Positions 1-11,312 of a stretch of 32,477 nucleotides of DNA are shown here, piece after piece. A program made the position numbers and the translations under genes. Position 1 is the stretch's first letter. Each line of letters begins with the position of its first letter. The DNA lies in assembly GCA_000934665.2 (NCBI GenBank), contig KZ539133.1, positions 1-32,477 on the forward strand, in the 5' to 3' direction. The notes below the pieces were generated by a model, which was given only the letters and a program-made list of their open reading frames with translations, made no database searches and had not been told where the DNA came from. This stretch comes from Catajapyx aquilonaris (taxonomy: Eukaryota).

Positions 1-119
1 ATTTGAATATACTTGTATTGTTGGGGCATGGTTCCAGTATACGCAAGGCACTAGGCAGACAGGCACTGTCGCGCAAGAAAACACCACGAAACTCAACTCT
101 ACGTTTGATCAATCCAAAA

Positions 120-597
120 GGGTTATTGTGAGACATTACAGAAGATAAGGATGGCCATTAATAAGGAACGTATCGGTATAATATTGCCGACAGACCCTCG
201 GACAATGCCCGTCTGCCCACTCTGGTCTGCCTACTGTCTTTACGTGCTGGAACCCTGCTGCAACAATTCAAGTGAGAATTGTTTGATCACTTGTGATTTG
301 GAGCCTAGCGATTACTACCTGTCCATGGACAGGAAGAAATGGCTTGCAAAGCATAATGTTGACAATGAAGAAGAATTGCAATCCAGCGTTCAGGGGTCGC
401 GGAAATAGCTTGCGGCAGACTTCTATGACATAGGCATACAAAATCGTGTGTAACTCAATGAAAAATGCCTCGATTTGGCTGGAAACTATTTTGAAAAAAG
501 TATACAGTTGTCTATTTCAGATGTGTAAATAAAAATTCAGGGGTGCATTGTGTTTTTTCTAATTAAAAAATGGACCTTACTTTCTGGATGCGCCTCG
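120..597 (+). mobile_element. Degenerate mariner (Tc1/mariner) transposon, 3' part of transposase plus right terminus
   Basis: Frame-hopping translation gives YCETLQKIRMAINKER..GIIL..DNAR..LLQQFK*ELFDH..DLEPSDYYL..KKWLA..DNEEELQSSV..LAADFYDIGIQ..EKCLDLAGNYFEK, matching the mariner DD34D C-terminus (HDNARPH, YSPDLAPSDY, ..GDYFEK). It ends in cttactttctggatgcgcctcg followed by TA (598-599), a mariner-type terminus. Stops and frameshifts show it is a relic. Confidence 0.85.
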
Positions 598-671
598 TAA
601 TAATAGAAATATGCTATGTTTTCATTTTTTATCCAAATAATGATGGCAAGAAATAGTTCACATTAACAAAA

Positions 672-841
672 AATGTATTTGAAATGTATTTACGAAAGTA
701 TTTAAATACTTTTGATGTATTTAGTATTTAGTATCTAATTACTTTCTTGTGCAGTATTTAGTATTTAGCATTTAATTACATTTTTTGCAGTAGTTAGTAT
801 TTAGTATTTAATTACATTCAAGTATTTAGTGCCCATCCCTG
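672..841. mobile_element. hAT-like MITE right end with (GTATTTA)n-type internal repeats
   Basis: Repeated gtatttagtatttag units end in gcccatccctg (831-841), the reverse complement of a CAGGGATGGGC hAT-type terminus. The left end is not seen. Confidence 0.55.
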
Positions 842-2939
842 GTCACAGGCAGAATTAAAGAAGTACTGCTACTGTCAAGTCAGAGAGGTTGAATGACATA
901 GGCACAAGCCAATAGCAGACAGAGGGTAAGAAGAAAGAAGAGTTGCCATGTGGCTGTACAGTACAGTGTACATGCATGTGCCCCTTCATGAGAAATATTA
1001 ATTGCTAAACCTTGACTTGTCCATAAGTCCACCTTATGCAATGAAATACTTAGATTAGCTATAGTGTCTGTATAGCACTATAGCCCTCAAAGGTAATATT
1101 CAAATTTTACAAAACAACTAAATAAATTAAATAAGCTACATTTGCTGGCTTTTGACATGCTGAAAATAAAGGTAAAACCATCCATGTGGCCCTCCTGCAT
1201 GTGCAACACGTATACGTGTCCAACCGTGCATGCTGTATTATTATTAGTTTATTACCATCATAATTTCGACCAAAAATGTAGCCTACTACGTAATGGACAA
1301 ATACAGATTTTCAATTATGAACCTAGATGATCAGCAGTGTGTGATAAGCTTTTCTTTAGGAAAGAATGGCTGCGCTAATGTACAATTGAACTGGTGTAAA
1401 ATAAACATACGATTTTACAGTACAATCATTCACTTTCTGTAGTGTAAGCAGTAAGCTGCGTTGTTTCAATTGACTTTCTCAAAATAATATCCGCAAGACT
1501 TGTATGTAGTAGTCTACATTTCTCGTTATTTTACGTACCGTATGGGAAGAGAGAAAAATTAATTTCGACTTTCTTGCGTAGTTTCTAGTAATAAATTCTT
1601 TGAAAGTAATTGGATACAGTACTTCATCCAAGTGGTTTGCAACTTAAAGCAACAGGTGCCCACTGCCTGTGAGTATAACCGGGCGCAACCTAACTACCTA
1701 AGAGTAACGGATGGCAACCTCACAGTTACTCACAGTAACCACCTGGGAGGTAACCACAAGCACTGCCCAAGTTCCTTGGAGATCTGGACATAATATGTGT
1801 CTCGCATGTCAATAATTAAGCTCTGGCTATGTGGGAACCTGGCAGTATAGGAAGGTAGTTCAGCAGTCGAGTAAACCCATCCATCGGCATCCCAAAATGG
1901 GGAAGGCCGTCACCTTGACCGAGATGACCCCCTGGAACGTGCGAGAGCCGGGCCTTTGCCAACAGCTTTTTGCCTTTAGTTCTGGCACCTTCAGCCATCA
2001 TAGCACACCCTCCACATCTCTTTACCCTTTTATAATTATTTTCTCAAGTTCCTTCCGGTTCGAGTATAGTTGTGATCACTCGACATAGTCTTACAAATTC
2101 TGGTAGTCTACTGTATTATTATCATAGCTTGAAAAATTTTCCATCAATGCAATGTAGTGATTTGGATTCACAAGAAATCAGGATAATAATCTCAAAATTA
2201 TTATATTATTCAGCATTCGGATTTTGGCTAATTGCTAGGATTATGCTAGCAGCAGGAAAATCTATGTATTGATACTGTACAAAGGTTTTTTGTAACTTTT
2301 TACAGCCAGAACAGCTCTTAATTTCTGATCGCATTATAATATATGGTATACATATACACAAATGCGAAATGCCTACTGTCACAGACTAATGTTCCGAGGA
2401 GGCCTCCCGGCCATCAAGGCAACCCACACCCCACTCCCGCCCCCGATCCAACCCGTTCCCATCACACTGACCCACGGTATGATGGTCCGGTGGTCCCACC
2501 CAAGTATTCCTTGGAGAGGTCCTACGGAGAGGGAGAGAGATGCAGACGAGCCTTTGAAGCTGCAAGTTGGCAGAGAAGAGTATCACCTGAGAGTCCAATT
2601 CGCCAATAATATTGGAGTTGGACCTGGTGGGCGTTTCGACTGTTCGAGACGTACTGTACGTACGTCGGGACATCGAAGAGGTGGAGACAAGTCTCCAGGG
2701 TCATGCTGCCCACCGAAGTCCGACGAACCAACCGTGCCGAGGAAGGAGGTCGCCTATACACGTACGTCGAGAACCCCAGGGAGATCCTGACCTAACCACG
2801 CCGCCCTGTGACACCTACTGAATGAGCGTTTTAAAATGTTTCTTTCACTTTCAGGTTGTGGTGTACAAAACTATAGTTCATAATGGGAGGGGTCTCTCCC
2901 TCCCTCTCCACGTTAATCGCTTAGGACTTACGACCAAAC

Positions 2940-3370
2940 TAACTCTTCTTACCCTCCTAAATTTTGCAAATTTTGGGATTTTCTAATTCCGCTTGGCCTA
3001 TAGTGTTGTGCAAACATAATCTCTCCTGCTAATTTTCACGTCAAAATACAAGCTAATTACGATATTCCGAATCCACAACACCTAGCAGCCGGTCGCGGGT
3101 CGCAGGTCCCCATTCGCCGCGATGAGCAAGTAGAATATGACCTCACACCCTTCGAAATCGATTTTGTGTAGCAGTTTATGAATCATGTTTAATCAATCAT
3201 TTACATATCACTGATATCAGTCGCAACGACCCGCGACAGGCCAGCCGGGACCGGCGACCCGCCACCCGCGACCGGATGCAGGTACAACAGGTAACACTAT
3301 AGGAGTATAGGTCAAGCAGAATCAGAAAATCCAAAAATTTGCAAAATTTAGGAGGGTATAAGAAGAGTTA
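2940..3370. mobile_element. Non-autonomous TIR element (MITE), possibly TTAA-targeting
   Basis: About 65-bp imperfect terminal inverted repeats: taactcttcttaccctcctaaattttgcaaatttt...ctatagtgtt versus aacactatag...aaaatttgcaaaatttaggagggtataagaagagtta. There is also an inner GC-rich inverted pair (about 3082-3110 versus 3250-3282). The right flank reads TTAA and the left CTAA. Confidence 0.75.
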
Positions 3371-3619
3371 ACAGGCTTGAGATTTCCTGACGTGGACATT
3401 CATGGCCAGTTGTTGGCCACGGCCCACTTATTCCCTGTTCAAGGGGGTAACGGGCACACTTCGGTACTCCGGTGTATTACACCTGCGAGTGGCACTCCCA
3501 GGTAGGCCTACTCCTTAGGTCTACCTATTACTCTTTGGTATCCTTGGTACTCCTTGAATTTGGTTCTGCAGTGTCTTTTCACTTTTCAGTCGAGTGGTTA
3601 CCCCCCTTGTCCCTGCATG

Positions 3620-4060
3620 CTGTCACTCTCTCGTCCAGTTCCTCGTCTATGGCCGCCATTTTCTCTTCGTAGAGTTTTCTCAGGTACCGCACCGACGCAT
3701 CGCCAGTCATTACTCACCACCATTTCTCACTAACATCAGCTCTTGCTAACATGCATTAGCCTACCTCACCTGCACTAACATCCTCGCCTTTTCCTCCAGG
3801 GTAGTGGTCATTTTATTCCCGCAATCCTCGTCCACGAGCAATACTTCGGCATTTAGGTCCAGTATGTTGTATACTCCATTTCACGATGCTGGTTTGCCAT
3901 ATTGAGAACCTCAATTCCGCAATCACAATCCCTGTTCTTGTTGGTCACGCTGGTGATTACGGCCAGGAGACGCTCGTTCTCGAGCTTCAGCGAATCTTTC
4001 TCATCCAGCAGGAACGAAATCATCCCTTCGTATACGTTCATGCTCTACACTTCTACAGTT
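3620..4060 (-). mobile_element. Possible decayed non-LTR retrotransposon ORF1 (CR1/L2-like) fragment
   Basis: CNC motif, then a coiled-coil-like ORF (3853-4041, ..LLDEKDSLKLENERLLAVI..), followed by broken acidic segments. No splice signals support it as a host exon. Weak inference from architecture only. Confidence 0.25.
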
Positions 4061-4307
4061 ACAGGGCTATTCCAGGGTCCCCTACATGGTTGCCTCCCCC
4101 ACCCTAACCAGGTCTTCACATAGTCCTTATGGGGCGGCCATATTGGAGCTAGATTGCATGCTGCAGGATAGGAAATTGGGAAGCGATTCTTTTTTGTTTT
4201 TTTCAACTGTTTTTTTTCATATGGTTTTTTCCTATCTGACTTAGCTCCAATATGGCGGAGAGACAATACCCTGTCTAGGTGGGGGAGGCACTCATGGAGG
4301 TGACTCT

Positions 4308-4380
4308 GGGCTATTCAACTGGCGGCCCGCGGTCCGGATCCGGACAGCGCAGCGGCGCAATTTTGTCCGGACCGCCACGA
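4308..4380 (+). mobile_element. hAT-Charlie-like terminal fragment
   Basis: gggctattcaactggcggcccgcggtccggatccggac resembles the 5' end of Charlie/SPIN-type hAT elements. The matching end was not found. Confidence 0.45.
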
Positions 4381-5093
4381 TATACGTGGGTTAATTCAAA
4401 ACTGAGTCATGGCGCGCATTTTTTAATTCAAAAACGGTAACACATACAGAGATTACGTATGCTAAGTCAGGCGATTACAATAATTTGATCTGATATATAG
4501 ATGTCGCCTATATCGCAAGGGGGGCCGGGAAACAAAAGGGGATCGCGAGCCCCCACCCTCACTGCACCATCGGCCCATCGCCCTAAGTCCATAGCTTAAT
4601 ATTGCTGGGAAATGATGGCCAATAATAGCATGAGCTGCAGTCCACCATCTCCATGCGCTTAGAAACAAACTGATGTCAAAGGTTGCACAATGCACGGATG
4701 TTCGCATCAGTGCTGCCAGCTCACCAATTCCGTCTTTCTGACATTTTACCACTGTCACCGGCAATTCACCTCTACTCACCTTTAAAGAAAGGACAGCGAA
4801 GCAAAACATTTTGAGAATCATATATTCACGAGCACACCTCGTCATGATTGGAGTGGAATGATCCATATCCGTATATTACGCCATCCAAATTACATATTTG
4901 AAAAGGAAAAGATCCAGGTTATTATTCCTCAACATTTCAATGATCGTTGCCTAGACCTATATACTCGTACACACGTGTTGCATACAACAGCCCCCCCCCC
5001 CNCCCCCCCCCCCCATCTCCCCTTGCTCCTCTGCTCGTCTCTCCGGCCGAAATAATACAACGATTCTTATGTATTATCAAAAGCAATAATACG

Positions 5094-5099
5094 TTTATT
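5094..5099 (-). promoter_or_regulatory. Putative polyadenylation signal of the LEXM-like gene
   Basis: AATAAA on the minus strand about 57 nt after the stop codon. Confidence 0.5.
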
Positions 5100-5155
5100 T
5101 CATGAGGCGTCAAAAGGACGCATTCCGGTACCGTGCATTATGCCGATTTGAGTTA

Positions 5156-7462
5156 TTACTTGCGACAATAAAAATTATATCCCCAGCCGGAGACTTCAGA
5201 GATTCTCCTTGCTCTCCAGGCCTTATCCTCCTCCACCCACTCCCTCTCCGCCTGGGCCTGCCCGTACAGCTCACCCACCAGCTTTCTCACGTTGAGTTTT
5301 CCGATGCGTTGCTTACTACTCTTCTCGTGTGACTGGAGCTCTGGGAAACGATGTACCTGGGACTTGAAGAGACTACTGTGGCCGTTGACATGTCGAGCCT
5401 TGTAGAAGATGTCCGGGTAGTACCGGCAAGGAGGGATGGAGGAGCTCTACATAGAAGCAGAAGGATGTCAAGTCCTTTGTTCAACATAAATAATGCATGT
5501 CGGGTGACCACATTGTAGTCAATAACTTACGTAGCGTATTAGAGATCCTTCCCTGGGTGTGCTTTTATTGAAGGGTATATATTTGGCATTCTGAGGTCTT
5601 GAGAGCTCCCTTATGGTGTAGGGCCCGGGGGTACACTTGTTCTGCACAAAACATACGGGAATAAATGTATACAGGTTTGTACTGTACTTGTTTGCCATAA
5701 TGGGGAAGTAGCCTTGGTCTGGGATTTGGGATTTTTGTTCATAACTAGCTAGCCCATGCCTGTAAACATACATTCCATCACTCTGTTGCATCAAAATGAC
5801 ATTACTGGATAAATTACGGCACATTTAAAAGTGCCTTCAAAATTGGCGGGAAAAACGGAGCGCCCGGGTGGTGCCAATCGATAGGGTACACTGAAATGCC
5901 TGGTTGACTGCGAGATATGAGGAATTTGACTTTGAATTAACCGCGGACACGACGGAAAGTATTCGCAAGGAAGCTGTAGGCCATCGAGGTGGAGAAGGGG
6001 GGCCTTCATGTGCCGAATTCGGGTGACAGATAATTCCTACCAGTTGGCATCACTGTCAGCACAGGAGCGACTTGAGCGGCCTGGAATAAATACGCGCCCC
6101 GGCCGCTATCTTGCTCACGGAATGGGACGGTTGCTAACAACAGCGAAGCATTTTACAACAATGACGGGGCGCGTTCTATAACACCATTTTTGCGTTCATT
6201 TCACTTCGCGTGACGTCAACATTTTCTAGGGAAACAGTGACGTCACCATTTGCCTACGAAAAAACGCCAATATCTCCGGAACTGAAACTGATATCTTAAA
6301 ACGGAATATGCCAAAAAAATCCAAAAAATATGGGCGAATTTATTATGTAGTTTCCAAAATGAAGGCTACTTCCCCCTTATGGCAGGTATAGAGTAGACTA
6401 CTCTTGGTAGGCCTACTGTACGGTACATGCTTACTCACCTCTGAGAACACGAGGTAATCTCTCCCATGACTCACAAACTTCCGTCCTGGACAAAACCGGG
6501 CAGCTTTCAGCATACATCCTACTATCGCCTTTGTCCGGTGGAAAAGGCTCGATTCAGGGATCGGTATGTTGAACATCCCGGGGCCGGTCCTTGTCTTTCT
6601 CGTAATTCTCTCGAGGGTACCTAGAGAGAGCGGGAAATAAGTGTGACAACGACACATTATACCATGGCCAGCGACTACCTCCAGAGGAGTGCACGTACCC
6701 ATATGTTGTCCTCTAGCGCTCTGATTCAAGTCCATGAGCCCGAAGCGCTTTCCGGCCAAATACTTGTCGGTGGGGGCTACCAGTTTGTACACCCCACCCG
6801 GACCAACAGAATCCTTGCCTATGACGGGAAAGACTGTGGTGTTATCACGGGGGTTTCTGGACATGGGTTGGAAATGGGCACTGCCTGCGACTGAGCCGGG
6901 TTTAGAGATGACGGCGAGCGCTGAGGATAAGTTGTAGGCCCCGGGGCCGGGATGGGTCTGGATGTCAGTCTTGAAGCGTGGTACCAGGGTTGAGAGGGAA
7001 CACCGGGTGCTGCACGGTTTGGCCTTATCCACGAAACTCGTGTAGGCTTTGCTGTAACAGCCCGGACCTCTTAGGGTGAGCTGTAATATTGTTATAGCTT
7101 GAGTAAAGCACATGAGCTGCAGATATTATGATGACAATGTCATCAGCAACTGGTTGAGATGTTTCATTCAACCCTGCAATGAAATGATGCTCTGTTCTAC
7201 TGACCAGCTGTTTCTTATCAAGCCTATTCTGTCGAAGAACGAAGGGAGGGAGGACCTCGGTGTACTTCTGCAGAGCAGCGTCGATCCCGTACTTGGAGTT
7301 GGGGCAGCTACGACGAAAGAAGTCTGGAACGATACGTGTTCTCCTCGATTCATATGGCTGACAGGCTCTGAATGCTTTGTATTCCTTAATCTCGCTCTCT
7401 TGCTCCTCCTTCGCAATAGTGGTAACATTAACCTGGCTCCTCTGCTTCTCCTTTTGTCGTCC
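5156..7462 (-). CDS. LEXM: LEXM/CIMAP2-like ciliary microtubule-associated protein (PGP/SHIPPO repeats); 5' exon(s) unresolved
   Basis: Phase-consistent GT-AG exons 7462-7205, 7080-6699, 6620-6439, 5641-5531 and 5446-5156 (TAA at 5158-5156; AATAAA at 5099-5094). The product contains RGPGCY..KPCSTRCSLSTLVPRF..HPGPGAY..VGPGGVY..TGPGMF..TPGPY..PFNKSTPR..PCRYYP..GHSSLFKSQVHRF. This is collinear with my recollection of vertebrate LEXM (GPGSY..KPCSTRGLLSSGEVRF..PGPGNY..GPGTY..RSLFLSGSKRY). Confidence 0.75.
5700..6376. mobile_element. Unclassified TIR element inside a LEXM-like intron
   Basis: TIR ggggaagtagcctt (5702-5715) pairs with aaggctacttcccc (6362-6375). The flanks tgccata/tatggca are themselves inverted. 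It fills most of intron 6438-5642. Confidence 0.65.
6439..7080 (-). CDS. LEXM: LEXM-like central exons (7080-6699 and 6620-6439) carrying the PGP repeats
   Basis: Core of the 256-aa ORF 6343-7113. Acceptor ttacag|ctc at 7080, donor gag|gtgagt at 6439, and a probable 78-nt in-frame intron at 6698-6621. Confidence 0.8.
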
Positions 7463-8826
7463 CTGAAACAAACGCACGTTGAATTAACTCTGCGATGGCC
7501 GCACTGCACCGATAATAAATTATTATGGAGTGCCAACATCTCCAGTGTTTTCACTTTTGAAGACATACGACTTTCTGCTGTAACACCACTCAATGCAGAT
7601 CAATGTGAAAAAATGGTATGTACTGTACATGGCGATACACTGACACGTTCCCAGTTCAAAAGAAAAAGTTACGGTATATATTTCACCAAGCAATCAGCTG
7701 AATGATCGTTACAAAGCCATGACGCTTGGTTGAGTTAAGTTAAGTATTCTTTTTAGTGTATGAAACTCCCCAAAAAGTCAGGCCATTATTATATTTTACA
7801 AGTAGCCTACAACTTTACGCACATTGCACACGACATTATACTGGTTTTATGATTGGACTTGAGGAGAAAAGTTATATAAATTACTTGATGCAACAGGATT
7901 TTTTTTTAAAGAAACTGATGTTCAAAGAGTAAACTACCATATATTTATTTTTTCAAGTTTAAAAAAGTAGACTATATTTTGTCTTTATTTATCGCAGATT
8001 CTTTTGTGTATAGTGCATTGCTTGGGTCCCATGTATCTAAAACCCAATTTCCCACATCACTCCCATAATACATCCTTCATTTCAAATGGGTGAATTAATA
8101 TTGTCGTTGGTCGCCTAGGAGACCAAACAAAATAATCAGAACTGGCTCATAATGAACACCGCCAAAAGACGATTTCCCGTTCTAAACCCTCAAAAATATA
8201 TTGATAGTTATCACATTACGTACGGTAAATGAATAGTAGCATGAATATAGCCGTGTATAATAATTATTATAACAGGTCAACTTACTGGCACTTTGGGCGT
8301 GCGAAAGGTAACATGCCTATACATTGTCGGCTTCTTGCCGGATCCTCCATCTTTCTCGGCTTTTTCCATGATGCACAACTTCTGTGCTTGTCTGCAACCG
8401 ACTAAGAGAGGTAAATTCCTTTTCAAGCTTTAATGCAGGCGCACAATCTGCAGAGCTTAGAAATAACACGTCTGACTCGGATGGAACTTAAATCAGGATA
8501 TGCAGTTTGTCATGTTGCTTGGAAACTTGTTGATGATGAATAATATAGACTACTGCATGTAGTCTCACGATAAAATAAAAATGCGATATTCAACTCCAGT
8601 CCACGCACAGTAGGCTACTTTTCAGCATGTTCAGCATGTTGGATGTAGCCGAACATTGCCACAATGTCCTTTACTGTATGCCAGGTGTCAACTGCGGATG
8701 GTCATTGCTGACCTTAACTTGGTAGCCAATAATTTTCTGACCATACCACAGAAAAAAATCCATTTGGATCAGCTAGTGATCTATGAGCCATAGCAATCTG
8801 ACAAGTTTCTCACATCATCCTGTATA

Positions 8827-9919
8827 CAGGGCCGGACTGGCCCGGCCGGCTGACCGGCGATCGCCGGTGGGGCCAAAGGTGGGGCCAAAGTTTTCCGCCG
8901 GGGCCGGTAGATCGCGGTCGCCTGGTTTCGGTCAGTGGATGGATTTGCCTGAACAATAATTATATCTTTAAAAAATCTTACCCTTGATAGCCTTTCTGGA
9001 TTGTCGGGGGACATTCCCCCACAGCAGGTTACATAATATATTACAGTATATACACTCATAATTTGGTATGGCTCAAAGACTGATCGAACATTTGAACTAT
9101 CGGGAGGGGGCCCCGGCACCTTTCCCGTCTTGAATGGTGCAAAATGTTTGGGGGCACTGGTCAGAAAGGGACAAATATAACCGGCTGGCTTATCTTTTCG
9201 CGGCAGGGGGAAATCAGGTGCCTTCAATTAGGAACCCTGACTTCATCTGGTAGCGACTCACTCTCACAGGGCAAGAAATAAGCATGCCAAGTCACTTCTT
9301 CGGCCACCAACAGGATAAGAATATTTCAGTGCATTTCCGAGTCGTGCTCTCACAATAAATGACATACAGCAAGGCTTACAGTATTGACAACCCTATGTAC
9401 TGAACCCTTGAGGGCTCACCATCTGGGACCAGCCAAGAGCTGAAGAAGAAGCCAGTACTGCATGCCCTTCTTGTGGAGGCACTACATGACTGGAGAACAC
9501 GCAGCACGGTGAACGGTCAGTGACAGTGGCGTATTTTGGGGCTCCCACAGCTCCCCGAGCTCCCACAGAGAAAAAAAAATGCAAAAAAGAAAAAAACGGG
9601 GGGGGGGGGGGGGNNNNNNNNNNNNNNNNNNNNNNNNNNNNNNNNNNNNNNNNNNNNNNNNNNNNNNNNNNNNNNNNNNNNNNNNNNNNNNNNNNNNNNN
9701 NNNNNNNNNNNNNNNNNNNNNNNNNNNNNNNNNNNNNNNNNNNNNCCCCCCCCCCCCCAGAAATGTAATGCAACAATAACTTTCCTTGATTTTATAATAC
9801 TTACCGTACCAATTTTGGTACAATAATGTGAAGGTTATGGGAACGGCAAATGATTGAGCAATTGGGGGCCAACACGATTTAACAGCCGGTGGGGCCAACC
9901 ACTAGCCAGTCCGGCCCTG
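8827..9919. mobile_element. hAT-family MITE (contains the assembly gap)
   Basis: 15-bp TIR cagggccggactggc / gccagtccggccctg and a perfect 8-bp TSD cctgtata (8819-8826 and 9920-9927). Confidence 0.9.
9614..9745. other. Assembly gap (N run) flanked by poly-G and poly-C
   Basis: Run of N bases. ORFs crossing it are artefacts. Confidence 0.95.
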
Positions 9920-10192
9920 CCTGTATATCAATTTAATGATAAGTTATGAGTTAATCAATTTGAATAGTGTCACTCAATCGTTTCATGAACTAAACCTGCA
10001 AACAAACTGGATTTGAAAAAAGGCATGTTTTCTATTAAGCATATGCTATTCATATACAAACTACGGCCCGCGAAGACAATTTGTGTGGCACGCGCAAAAA
10101 TATTGGTATTCCTGAAAATATTGAAAGATTAAAATTGCAAAATTTATGCCTGCGCCTTTCTTTTTAATTATTTTTAATTCACAAATATATAT

Positions 10193-11312
10193 GGGTGATT
10201 CTCCAAAAACTTACAATTTTCAGAGCAAGAATTAATGAATTTCAAAACTTGTTTAAAAAATCTGGAAAAATTCTCACTTACTCTATATGAGGTCACAAAT
10301 CAGGGAAAAATATGGAGAACTAATTCTGATGTTCTAATGCCAGGAGAGTGAATATTTCCAGGAGTTCGGGAGCCAGAAGAATGACCTATGCATGCAATAG
10401 GATTAATATCACGGTCCAGAACAAACGTTGTCTATGGAGATTTCGGTAGGTTCAAGAAGACCCTTCATTCCATGGAATCACAGTTATTTCAAAACATTTA
10501 AGCTATTATGGGACATAGAAAAATGAGCCAGGAGTGTGAACTTTTAATTTCCGGGAGAAAAATGACCTTTGGATGCATTAGGATTAATATCACGGTCAAG
10601 AACGAACGTTGGCTCTGGACATTTCTGTGGGTTCAAGAAGACCCTTCATGCCATGGAATCAGAGTTATTTCAAAACATTTAAACTATTTTGTGACATAGA
10701 AAAATGAGCCAGGAGTGTGAACTTTTTATTTCCGGGAGTTTGGGAGCCAGAAGAATTGACCTTTGGATGCATTAGGATCGATTAGGATTAATATCACGGT
10801 CCAGAACAAACGTTGACTCTGGAAATTTCTGTGGGTTCAAGAAGACCCTTCATGCCATGGAATCACAGTTATTTCAAAATATTTAAGCTATTTTGTGACA
10901 TAGAAAAATGAGCCAGGAGTGTGAACTTTTTATTTCCGGGAAAACTCGGGACACACTTTGGAGTGATGCAGCAAGGTCATGTCAAATGAATAAATCGTTT
11001 AAAAAATGTTGTTTTATACCTGCAACTATGTACAATTCAATTATAGTATTGAAACTTGTCTAATGTTAATAATAAAATTGTAAGGAAATATAGCATGCTT
11101 TAAAATGAGATCGGGATTTGCCAAGAATAGTGATATTAGGCCCTTTGACATTTTTTGCAGTATAACTTAATTTAATATTTTTCTTTGTTTTCATGGGGAT
11201 GGCTAGGTGTCAACTGCTTCTCCAAATGTTTAAAAAATCAACTCTCTCAGTCAAGCCCTTTTCGAGTTATTATGCTGGGACAGGGTATTGGTAAGTTTTT
11301 GGAGAATCACCC
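10193..11312. mobile_element. Non-autonomous Sola2-type element with an internal tandem array
   Basis: TIR gggtgattctccaaaaacttac / gtaagtttttggagaatcaccc with ATAT on both sides (4-bp TSD). The last ~310 bp are a close direct copy of about 20790-21099, the end of the Sola2 transposase relic. Confidence 0.8.
10340..10940. repeat. Tandem repeat, about 3.2 copies of a ~180-205-bp unit
   Basis: The unit gccaggagtgtgaactttt...ggattaatatcacggtc...gttcaagaagacccttcat...gacatagaaaaatga recurs at about 10340, 10527, 10708 and 10912. Confidence 0.9.

Noticed and set aside
4640..4720. Minus-strand IVQPL/DISLF resembling the pogo DDE 'QPLD' motif
   Set aside because: It needs a frameshift, and no other pogo motif is visible nearby.
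7112..7705. 197-aa plus-strand ORF
   Set aside because: Antisense shadow of the LEXM-like exon, with no recognisable motif.
9393..9898. ORFs spanning the N run, and an exon-like segment at about 9419-9489
   Set aside because: They lie inside a TSD-bounded hAT MITE and are inflated by the gap.
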